From Campylobacterales bacterium (GTDB lineage: Bacteria; Campylobacterota; Campylobacteria; Campylobacterales; Sulfurimonadaceae), in the NCBI GenBank assembly GCA_038205935.1, contig JBBRBK010000047.1, positions 1 to 15,036 on the forward strand: a stretch of DNA of 15,036 nucleotides. The letters are read 5' to 3'. The notes under the pieces are model-generated. The model made no database searches. It was not told where the DNA came from and saw only the letters and a program-made list of their open reading frames with translations. The first letter of the stretch is position 1. Each line of letters opens with the position of its first letter. Made by a program: the position numbers and the translations under genes. Below are positions 1 to 7,111 of the stretch, piece after piece.

Positions 1-158
1 ATCTTTTGTTGTCCAATCTTTTCTTCACCCTCGTAAACCATAGTATCAAGTGTCATCTCTTTTTGATAAAAGCGGATGAGTTTGTATGTTCTATCTTCTC
101 TTGTAAATGAGATATTTTTGTTGCTGAGTTCTATAGTCGGTTTTTTCTTCTTTGCCAT
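1..158 (-). CDS. Small hypothetical protein, 5' part only (runs off the window start)
   Basis: Manual translation from ATG at 158 gives MAKKKKPTIELSNKNISFTREDRTYKLIRFYQKEMTLDTMVYEGEEKIGQQK..., open to the window edge. A GGAG lies just upstream on the - strand, there is an alternative in-frame ATG at 170, and an extended -10 sits at 188-196. Confidence 0.75.
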   Translation of the reverse strand, partial: MAKKKKPTIELSNKNISFTREDRTYKLIRFYQKEMTLDTMVYEGEEKIGQQK

Positions 159-184
159 GAGTTTCTCCATAATAATTTGATTGT

Positions 185-216
185 TGTATTTTATCATAGT
201 ATAATACAGTAGTATT
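185..216 (+). promoter_or_regulatory. TA operon promoter (-10 TATAAT at 200-205) with overlapping inverted repeats, probable operator
   Basis: TATAAT at 200-205. TGTATT (185-190) pairs with AATACA (203-208), and AATAC (203-207) pairs with GTATT (212-216). Type II TA promoters typically carry such autorepression palindromes. Confidence 0.5.
188..196 (-). promoter_or_regulatory. Extended -10 promoter element (TGATAAAAT) for the leftward hypothetical gene
   Basis: The reverse complement of 188-196 is TGATAAAAT, matching the TGnTAnAAT sigma70 consensus, 30 nt upstream of ATG 158. Confidence 0.55.
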
Positions 217-234
217 TTAAATTTGGAGAATAGT

Positions 235-486
235 ATGCTTTATATTAATTCAAGTGATGTGATAAAGAAACCTTCTTATATAACTAAGCCTCAAGAGATA
301 ACATTTATAGAGGATGCAAAACAACATATTATCAAAAGTGTTGTTTTGCCGTATGAACTTTATAAAAAATTTCAGACAATTATAGAGGACGAACTTTATC
401 TTATGGAAAATAAAAAAGCACTTTCAAAAGAATCTTACAACGAGTTTTTAGAAAGAGAAGAGATTATCGAGGATCTTCATGCTTAG
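235..486 (+). CDS. Putative type II antitoxin (83 aa), possibly a distant Phd/YefM-like N-terminus
   Basis: Small ORF with an acidic C-terminus (EFLEREEIIEDL) that overlaps the toxin start by 8 bp. GGAG at 225-228 favours ATG 235 over TTG 223. The fold assignment is inference only. Confidence 0.7.
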   Translation: MLYINSSDVIKKPSYITKPQEITFIEDAKQHIIKSVVLPYELYKKFQTIIEDELYLMENKKALSKESYNEFLEREEIIEDLHA

Positions 487-829
487 AGGTGAGATCTATT
501 TAGTGAATTTTGGCAAAAAATATAATAGTGAATTTGAGAAAATACGTCCAGCACTCATTATCCAAAACGATTTGGCAAATAGGAACATAGACAAAGTTGA
601 TTTTAAAGGGGTGAGTGTTTTGCCACTTACTTCAAATATAAGTGGAGGCTCACTTCGCGTGTTTGTAACAAAAAGAGATTTTTTGGAGATGGAATCTGAA
701 ATATGTATCAATGAAATATGTACACTTGATCTCTCAAGAATAGAGCTGTCTAAAACACTAACTTCATTAACGCAAGAAGAGTTAGCCGCGGTTGAGCAAA
801 AGTTGAAGACACACTTGAATTTATTTTAA
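479..829 (+). CDS. Type II toxin, PemK/MazF family endoribonuclease
   Basis: RGEIYLVNF...E..K.RPALIIQND...VLPLTS...EICTLDLSRI...L...ELAAVEQKLK matches the PemK/MazF pattern. The conserved Arg (RP) and Thr (PLTS) are present. Confidence 0.9.
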   Translation: MLRGEIYLVNFGKKYNSEFEKIRPALIIQNDLANRNIDKVDFKGVSVLPLTSNISGGSLRVFVTKRDFLEMESEICINEICTLDLSRIELSKTLTSLTQEELAAVEQKLKTHLNLF

Positions 830-1666
830 ATAAATCCCCGTATCTTTAATCTCGATAAGATTTTTCTCTGCCAAAGTTGTGAGAGAACTTTTAAATGCTT
901 TTTTACTTAAACCAAAAGCTTGAGTTATAAGCTCCGCGTCACTTTTGTAGTTGTAGGGCATACTTCCACCATTTTCTTTGATGAGATCAAGCACTTGTTC
1001 AGCTGAATCTTTTTTTCGCTCACTTCCAACTTTTTGAAGAGAAATATCGATGTTGCCATCTTTTCTTATCATCTTCACATAACCAGTTCTTTTTTCGCCT
1101 ACATGTAAGACTTCAAATACTTCATTTCTGTAGATGAGACCATTGTAGCTGTTGTTGACGATACATTTATATCCGAGTGGAGATTCGTCATAGATGAGCA
1201 CTTCAACAGCGGAGTTGCGAAAGAGACCTTCGGGTTTGTTGTCGAGGTATTTTACAAACTTATGTGTTGCTATAACTCTGTCGGTTTGTTCATCTATAAC
1301 AACGCGGAGAAGTTTTTTATCTCCAACGACAAAGGGTTGTCTTTGTAAAGCTTTTGGCACAAAAAGGTCTTTTGGAAGTCCCCAGTTTACAAACGCGCCA
1401 ATTCTTGTCGTGTCGACAACTTCAAAAAGTCCAAATTCATCTCTCATAGCCGTTGGACGAAGTGTCGTACAAACGATGCGATCTTCACTGTCCGTATAAA
1501 CGAATACATCCAAGAGATCACCGACTTTCATAGATTCATTGTAGTATTGGTTTGGAAGAAGCACATCTTCGCCATCACCGCTGAGAAGATAAAGTCCTGG
1601 AGATGTGTATCTGTCTATAAGAAGTGTGTTGATGCGACCGATCACCATATGTTCATTTTGTGTCAA
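821..1666 (-). CDS. cvfB: CvfB/YitL family S1-domain RNA-binding protein
   Basis: GLYL...VLLP...VFVYTDSEDR, GAFVNWGLPKDLFVP, and C-terminal winged helix FGLSKKAFKSSLTTL. TTG start with AAGG upstream. Confidence 0.88.
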   Translation of the reverse strand: MTQNEHMVIGRINTLLIDRYTSPGLYLLSGDGEDVLLPNQYYNESMKVGDLLDVFVYTDSEDRIVCTTLRPTAMRDEFGLFEVVDTTRIGAFVNWGLPKDLFVPKALQRQPFVVGDKKLLRVVIDEQTDRVIATHKFVKYLDNKPEGLFRNSAVEVLIYDESPLGYKCIVNNSYNGLIYRNEVFEVLHVGEKRTGYVKMIRKDGNIDISLQKVGSERKKDSAEQVLDLIKENGGSMPYNYKSDAELITQAFGLSKKAFKSSLTTLAEKNLIEIKDTGIYLK

Positions 1667-1692
1667 AGTAAAGCCTTTACATGTAATGCCAA

Positions 1693-1701
1693 ATTATAGC
1701 A
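1693..1701 (-). promoter_or_regulatory. Extended -10 (TGCTATAAT) for cvfB
   Basis: The reverse complement of 1693-1701 is TGCTATAAT, about 27 nt upstream of the TTG start. Confidence 0.65.
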
Positions 1702-1734
1702 AAATTTGGTTTAATAAATATTTTACATTAATTC

Positions 1735-1743
1735 TGCTACAAT
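1735..1743 (+). promoter_or_regulatory. Extended -10 (TGCTACAAT) for the rpmJ-rplQ operon, followed by a GC-rich discriminator
   Basis: TGCTACAAT followed by GCGCGTCCGC, as is typical of ribosomal/stringent-type promoters, with an AT-rich upstream region. Confidence 0.7.
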
Positions 1744-1749
1744 GCGCGT

Positions 1750-1850
1750 CCGCTTTGCTGTTTTGTACACATTAAGTGAATGTTTGTATCTGTACGATGA
1801 GTTTAGACACAAGTATTGGCTGGAATTTCCAGACCTCATAAGCGGCAAAG
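1750..1850 (+). promoter_or_regulatory. Structured 5' leader of the alpha ribosomal operon (candidate r-protein autoregulatory RNA)
   Basis: CTTTGCTGTTT (1753-1763) pairs with AAGCGGCAAAG (1840-1850) in 11 bp with 2 G-U pairs. Inner stems are GTACA/TGTAC, ATGAG/CTCAT and CTGGA-ATT-TCCAG. Confidence 0.45.
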
Positions 1851-1871
1851 ATTTAAATATAGGAGCTTTCA

Positions 1872-1985
1872 ATGAAAGTACGCGCTTCAGTAAAGAAGAT
1901 GTGTGACGATTGTAAAGTCGTTAAAAGAAAAGGGATCGTCAGAGTAATCTGTAAAGACCCAAAACATAAACAAAGACAAGGATAA
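1872..1985 (+). CDS. rpmJ: 50S ribosomal protein L36 (zinc-binding C+ form); absent from the ORF track
   Basis: [37 protein letters not shown], 37 aa, with AGGAG at 1861-1865. Confidence 0.98.
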   Translation: MKVRASVKKMCDDCKVVKRKGIVRVICKDPKHKQRQG

Positions 1986-1987
1986 GA

Positions 1988-2350
1988 ATGGCACGTATCG
2001 CAGGTGTGGACTTACCTAAGAAAAAACGCGTAGAGTACGGACTAACATACATTTTTGGTATTGGTCTATTTCAATCACGTCAAATTTTGACAGCAACAGG
2101 TATCAATCCTGATAAACGCGTTCATGAACTAGACGCAGAAGATGTAGCTGCTATCACTAAAGAACTTCGTGATTCTCACATAGTTGAAGGTGATCTTCGT
2201 AAACAAGTTGCTATGGATATTAAAGCATTGATGGAACTCGGTTCTTACCGTGGTCTACGTCACCGTCGTGGTCTTCCATGTCGTGGGCAAAAAACTAAGA
2301 CAAACGCGCGTACTCGTAAGGGTAAACGTAGAACTGTCGGCGCAGCGTAA
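1988..2350 (+). CDS. rpsM: 30S ribosomal protein S13
   Basis: [10 protein letters not shown]...[26 protein letters not shown]. Confidence 0.99.
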   Translation: MARIAGVDLPKKKRVEYGLTYIFGIGLFQSRQILTATGINPDKRVHELDAEDVAAITKELRDSHIVEGDLRKQVAMDIKALMELGSYRGLRHRRGLPCRGQKTKTNARTRKGKRRTVGAA

Positions 2351-2361
2351 GGGATTAGAGA

Positions 2362-2754
2362 ATGGCAAAAAGAAAAGCTATACGTAAAAAAGTAATAAAA
2401 AAGAATATTGCACGCGGTGTTATTCACATTTCTGCATCATTTAACAATACTCTTTGTACGATTACTGATGAAATGGGCAATATGATTGCTTGGAGTTCTG
2501 CTGGTAGCCTTGGTTTTAAAGGTTCTAAAAAATCTACTCCGTTTGCAGCTCAGCAAGCAGTAGAATCAGTAGTTGAAAAAGCGAAAGTCCATGGAATTAA
2601 AGAACTTGGTATTAGAGTTCAAGGTCCTGGTTCAGGTCGTGAAACGGCTGTTAAAGCTGTAGGTGCTATCGAAGGTATACGTGTTACATTCATGAAAGAT
2701 GTTACACCATTACCACACAACGGTTGTCGCGCACCAAAACGTCGTAGAGTTTAA
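2362..2754 (+). CDS. rpsK: 30S ribosomal protein S11
   Basis: ASFNNT...[14 protein letters not shown]...[18 protein letters not shown]. Confidence 0.99.
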   Translation: MAKRKAIRKKVIKKNIARGVIHISASFNNTLCTITDEMGNMIAWSSAGSLGFKGSKKSTPFAAQQAVESVVEKAKVHGIKELGIRVQGPGSGRETAVKAVGAIEGIRVTFMKDVTPLPHNGCRAPKRRRV

Positions 2755-2765
2755 GGAGATTACTG

Positions 2766-3392
2766 ATGGCAAGATATAGAGGTCCAGTAGAAAAAATCGA
2801 GCGTAGATTCGGTGTAAGTTTGGCACTTAAAGGTGAGCGTCGTTTAGCTGGTAAATCAGCATTAGAAAAACGTCCTTACGGTCCAGGACAACATGGTCAA
2901 CGTCGTAAAAAAGTATCTGAGTATGGTTTACAACTAAACGAAAAACAAAAAGCGAAATTCATGTATGGTGTTTCTGAGAAACAATTCCGTGCATTATTTC
3001 AAGAAGCTAACCGTCGTACTGGTAACACTGGTTCGATCTTAGTTACACTTTTAGAAACTCGTCTTGACAATGTTCTTTACCGTATGGGATTTGCAACGAC
3101 TCGTCGTTTTGCACGCCAATTGGTAAACCATGGTCACGTTCTTGTTGATGGAAAACGTGTTGATATCCCTTCATACGCTGTTAAACCAGGTCAAAAAGTT
3201 GAAATCCGTGAAAAAAGCAAGAAAAACCCACAAGTTGTTCGCGCAATTGAGTTAACAAACCAAACTGGTTTAGCTCCATGGGTTGATATTGATGCTGATA
3301 AAGTATTTGGAATCTTTACTCGTTTACCAGAACGTGAAGAGGTTATAATTCCGGTAGAAGAACGTTTAATCGTTGAGCTTTACTCGAAATAA
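2766..3392 (+). CDS. rpsD: 30S ribosomal protein S4
   Basis: MARYRGP...PGQHG...[12 protein letters not shown]...[11 protein letters not shown]...IVELYSK. Confidence 0.99.
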   Translation: MARYRGPVEKIERRFGVSLALKGERRLAGKSALEKRPYGPGQHGQRRKKVSEYGLQLNEKQKAKFMYGVSEKQFRALFQEANRRTGNTGSILVTLLETRLDNVLYRMGFATTRRFARQLVNHGHVLVDGKRVDIPSYAVKPGQKVEIREKSKKNPQVVRAIELTNQTGLAPWVDIDADKVFGIFTRLPEREEVIIPVEERLIVELYSK

Positions 3393-3417
3393 TAATATAT
3401 AAAAAAGGCGTTTAAGA

Positions 3418-4410
3418 ATGAACAAGATAAAAACTACTCCGCTTCTTCCACAAGAGTTTGTGGTTGAGCAGATCAGTGATAACGAAGCGAATATTATCGC
3501 TTATCCATTCGAGACGGGTTATGCTGTATCTTTAGCTCACCCGCTTCGCCGTTTCCTATTAAGCAGCTCTGTTGGATATGCTCCGATAGCTATCAAAATC
3601 GAAGGCGCTAAGCACGAGTTTGACTCTGTGCGCGGTATGCTTGAAGATATTTCAGATTTTATCATCAACTTAAAAGGGATCCGTTTTAAATTAAAAAACG
3701 GTGAAACTTCTGTTGAAGCGAACTACAGTTTTGTTGGTCCGTGCGAGATAAAAGGTAGCGATCTTAACAGTGATGAAGTAGAAGTTGTTACACCTGACGC
3801 ATTCTTAGCGACGCTAAATGAAGATGCGACTTTAAACTTTAGCATCATTATTAAACAAGGTATTGGTTACGTTCCAAGTGAAGATATCAGAGATGAACTC
3901 AAAGAGGGCTATATAGCTCTTGATGCATTCTTTACTCCGGTACGTAGAGCGACTTACAAAATAGAAAATGTTTTGGTAGAAGATAATCCAAACTTTGAAA
4001 AAGTTGTACTTAACATAGTTACAGACGGTCAAATAACTCCAGTTGACGCATTTAGAAACTCTTTAGAGGTTATGTATGCACAACTTGCTGTATTTAACAG
4101 TGAGATCAGTATCAAAACTCCAGTTTCAATTGAACGTGCTGAAGAAAGTGCTGAACTTAAAAAATTGACTTCACGTATTGAAGAACTTGGGCTAAGTGCT
4201 AGAAGTTTTAACTGTTTGGATCGTTCAAACATCAAAATGATCGGTGAGATCGTATTGATGAGCGAAAATGATCTTAAAAATGTTAAGAATTTAGGAAAAA
4301 AATCGTTTGAAGAGATTTTAGAAAAAGTGCAAGAATTCGGTTTTGCAGTTGGAACAGATCTTTCTGATGATTTAGTAAGTTCATTAAAAAAGAAAATAGA
4401 AGCTGAATAA
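3418..4410 (+). CDS. rpoA: DNA-directed RNA polymerase subunit alpha
   Basis: [21 protein letters not shown]...HEF...DAFFTPV, and alpha-[14 protein letters not shown]...[10 protein letters not shown]. Confidence 0.99.
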   Translation: MNKIKTTPLLPQEFVVEQISDNEANIIAYPFETGYAVSLAHPLRRFLLSSSVGYAPIAIKIEGAKHEFDSVRGMLEDISDFIINLKGIRFKLKNGETSVEANYSFVGPCEIKGSDLNSDEVEVVTPDAFLATLNEDATLNFSIIIKQGIGYVPSEDIRDELKEGYIALDAFFTPVRRATYKIENVLVEDNPNFEKVVLNIVTDGQITPVDAFRNSLEVMYAQLAVFNSEISIKTPVSIERAEESAELKKLTSRIEELGLSARSFNCLDRSNIKMIGEIVLMSENDLKNVKNLGKKSFEEILEKVQEFGFAVGTDLSDDLVSSLKKKIEAE

Positions 4411-4428
4411 GCTTAAAGAGGATTTTAG

Positions 4429-4779
4429 ATGAGACACCGTCATGGATACCGCAAACTTGGTAGAACAAGTGCTCACCGTGGAGCACTTCTTAAAAACTTA
4501 AGTATTGCATTAATAGAAAATGGTAAGATAGAAACTACCGTACCAAAAGCAAAAGAGCTTCGTTCATTTGTTGAAAAATTGATCACAACTGCTTGTAAAG
4601 GTGATTCTAACGCTCACCGTGCTGTATTTGCTGCTCTACAAAACAAAGAAGCTACTAAGAAATTGCTAAACGAAATAGCTCCTGGTTACGTTGAACGTGC
4701 TGGTGGATATACTCGTATAGTAAGAACTCGTATTCGTCGTGGTGATGCAACATCTATGGCGTTTATTGAATTAGTATAA
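4429..4779 (+). CDS. rplQ: 50S ribosomal protein L17
   Basis: [17 protein letters not shown]...[12 protein letters not shown]...GGYTRI...RRGDA...IELV. Confidence 0.99.
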   Translation: MRHRHGYRKLGRTSAHRGALLKNLSIALIENGKIETTVPKAKELRSFVEKLITTACKGDSNAHRAVFAALQNKEATKKLLNEIAPGYVERAGGYTRIVRTRIRRGDATSMAFIELV

Positions 4780-4817
4780 TTTTACTAATTCAATCCTTCT
4801 CGGGCTTTGCCCGAAAA
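4765..4817 (+). terminator. Double hairpin ending the alpha operon (probable terminator or 3' stabiliser)
   Basis: 12-bp stem ATTGAATTAGTA/TACTAATTCAAT (4765-4794), then GC stem TCGGGC-TTT-GCCCGA (4800-4814). No canonical U-tract follows. Confidence 0.55.
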
Positions 4818-4905
4818 ACTCTACATCTACAAAAAAATTAAATTAATTGAAATCTATACATAAAATAGTTATTTAGATATTTCAATTAACTATAAAGAGA
4901 ATTTC

Positions 4906-6138
4906 ATGGCACATTTTGGATTTGGTACATACAGAATCAGCGAGCATAACCCCAAACATTTAGAAGCACTTCGTGAAGCAATTAAGAGCGGAATTACACT
5001 TATAGATACTTCAACAAATTATATGGATGGTGAAGCACAACGAGCCATCGCTAAGACAATGAAACTCTTAAGTGACGAAGAGATAAGCGATGTTGAAATA
5101 GTCTCAAAAGTGGGATATATTCAGGGTTCGACTTTAGCTCGTCATCAAGAGAATGCTTTTGAAGAGGTCGTAGAATATAGTGAAAACTGTTACCACTCTA
5201 TCTCTCAAAGTTTTATAAAAGATCAGATAAGTGTATCGATCCAAAGACTAGAAGTTGAAAGTATTGATTGTTTGCTTTTACATAATCCTGAGTATTATAT
5301 TCTCGATGGGATTAACCGAGGGATGAGCAAAGAAGAAAGACTTGATGGAATGTTTCAGAGAATCTTTGATGCTTTTTTAGCGTTAGAAGAGGAAGTGAGA
5401 ACTGGCAGAATAAAAAGCTACGGAATTAGCTCAAACAGTTTTTCAAAGCATCCAAATGATGAAGAGTTTTTGCCTTATGAAGATTTATTGACATTGGCAT
5501 CTGATGCCGCAAAAGAGCTGAGAAATAAAAAACATAGTTTTACTACTATACAGCTACCGATAAACATGTTAGAAACTCAAGGTCTTAGATGTGCGGCGTG
5601 GGCAAAGAAAAATGGACTTCGCGTGTTGGTAAACCGTCCTTTGAACGCTCAAAAAGAGACGCAAATGCATAGACTTGCTGATTATGAAGAGCCACGAGAG
5701 TACTATTATTATCTTAATGAGCTTTTAGAATTGACAGATAACAAAGTTTTAAAGCCACTGTTTAATCTTTTCTCGCAACTTGATGATAGCAAACACAAAT
5801 ATGGCTGGATAGGTGAATATGATATCTTCTTATTCTCTCAAATAGTTCCACATGTAAGAAAGTTTCTCTCCCCCTTAGATGATGAGAATAAGGCTACTTT
5901 AGTTGATGTAATAGATCTATTTTTACAGGAATACGGTAAGATGGTTGCATACGAATGTTCAAGAAAGACAAGAGTACAACTCAAAGATGAGTTTAATGAG
6001 TGTGGTGCATCTTTACAAAACTGTGCTTTGAAGTTTTTACTTGATAATGAAAATATTGATTATGTACTTATAGGTGCTAGAAAGCCATCTTATGTGGCAG
6101 ATATCATCTCCATTGGCTCAGAACTGCTTAAAGATTAA
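4906..6138 (+). CDS. Aldo/keto reductase family oxidoreductase (long form)
   Basis: FGFGTYR, IDTSTNY (Asp/Tyr), VSKVG (Lys), LLHNPE (His), GRIKSYGISSN, IQLPINMLE and VLIGARKPSYV. Confidence 0.9.
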   Translation: MAHFGFGTYRISEHNPKHLEALREAIKSGITLIDTSTNYMDGEAQRAIAKTMKLLSDEEISDVEIVSKVGYIQGSTLARHQENAFEEVVEYSENCYHSISQSFIKDQISVSIQRLEVESIDCLLLHNPEYYILDGINRGMSKEERLDGMFQRIFDAFLALEEEVRTGRIKSYGISSNSFSKHPNDEEFLPYEDLLTLASDAAKELRNKKHSFTTIQLPINMLETQGLRCAAWAKKNGLRVLVNRPLNAQKETQMHRLADYEEPREYYYYLNELLELTDNKVLKPLFNLFSQLDDSKHKYGWIGEYDIFLFSQIVPHVRKFLSPLDDENKATLVDVIDLFLQEYGKMVAYECSRKTRVQLKDEFNECGASLQNCALKFLLDNENIDYVLIGARKPSYVADIISIGSELLKD

Positions 6139-6216
6139 TACAAGTAATATCTTTTATTACTTGTTAAGCAATATTTTCATATTTTATGTATTACATACAA
6201 TATTATAAGGTTTAAA

Positions 6217-6492
6217 ATGATCCCTTTTACAGATGAAGAACTTATGGTTCCAGTTCAAAATGTTATAGATAAAGTTCGTCCATCGCTTGCACTTGATGGA
6301 GGAGATATAGCTTTTTTAACAGTGAAGAATTCTGCAGTCTATGTACAGCTTCGCGGCGCGTGTGTAGGATGTGGAAGTAGCGGAACTACGCTCAAATATG
6401 GCGTAGAAAGACAGCTTCGAATGGATATCCATCCAGAGATAACTGTTATAAATGTACCAATGGGTATGGAAAACGATATAGATAATTTATAA
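6217..6492 (+). CDS. nfu: Nfu/NifU C-terminal domain Fe-S cluster carrier
   Basis: VRPSLALDGGDI...VQLRGACVGCGSSGTTLKYGVE carries the Nfu CxxC motif. It lies upstream of a hypothetical gene and murE, as in Helicobacter and Campylobacter. Confidence 0.92.
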   Translation: MIPFTDEELMVPVQNVIDKVRPSLALDGGDIAFLTVKNSAVYVQLRGACVGCGSSGTTLKYGVERQLRMDIHPEITVINVPMGMENDIDNL

Positions 6493-6508
6493 GATTAGGA
6501 ACAAGCTT

Positions 6509-7111
6509 TTGAGTAAAATTAGTAAATACAAAACTCTTTCTCTTGCAAATGAAAGCTTTATAAAGTCAGAATATGACATAGCTCTTAGACACTTTGCAGA
6601 GGTGTTACATGATTATCCAGACTCTAAAGAAGCATATAATGGTGCGATTTTAGCAGAAATGGCTATGAGTGGCGAAGATGGGGCGGAAGCACTTTTTGAC
6701 TACTATACAGTGCTTAAAAATGAGAATAAAGATGAAGCAGATGTTGTGCTTTCTGAGATACTAGAATCAATTGATGGTACTCTTGATCAGCTCAAAACTA
6801 TCTTTTCTCAGCCAATAAAAGAGAGATTAGAGCAAGAAAATGGTATTTTGTACGGAGACTTTATCTCTTTGGTAAAAGAGGATGATAATTTTAAAGAAGT
6901 TTTTGAAAATATCATGTTTTCAACAAAAGTTATCATTTCAGAAAAAGAGGATTTTGTTGATTTTTTAGAAAGATTGATGAATCACGGATTTAAGGAGATG
7001 GCGCTTACTTATTTAGAAGGTGCGTTATCAGTGTATCCAAACGACAGTGAACTAAGAAAGCTGTTGAAACGTTTAGCTAAAGCGAGCAGTATTGAAAATA
7101 GAGCTTCCTAA
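6509..7111 (+). CDS. Conserved TPR-like hypothetical protein of the nfu-murE operon
   Basis: TPR-like ends (EYDIALRHFAEVLHDYPDSKEA and ALTYLEGALSVYPNDSEL). TTG start with AGGA at 6497-6500. Confidence 0.75.
   Translation: MSKISKYKTLSLANESFIKSEYDIALRHFAEVLHDYPDSKEAYNGAILAEMAMSGEDGAEALFDYYTVLKNENKDEADVVLSEILESIDGTLDQLKTIFSQPIKERLEQENGILYGDFISLVKEDDNFKEVFENIMFSTKVIISEKEDFVDFLERLMNHGFKEMALTYLEGALSVYPNDSELRKLLKRLAKASSIENRAS

Noticed and set aside
223..234. TTG start for the antitoxin given by the ORF track
   Set aside because: The TTG overlaps the GGAG Shine-Dalgarno, whereas ATG 235 has proper spacing.
1742..1906. 54-aa ORF (MRVRFAVLYT...LISGKDL...) spanning the rpmJ leader, considered as a leader peptide or infA remnant
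   Set aside because: Its ATG overlaps the -10 box, it has no RBS, and it overlaps rpmJ out of frame. The ISGK match to IF-1 is only 4 residues.
5563..5570. AACATGTT palindrome in the AKR gene
   Set aside because: It shares only the 6-bp core, has different flanks and a different frame (Asn-Met), so I did not count it in the TACATGTA family.
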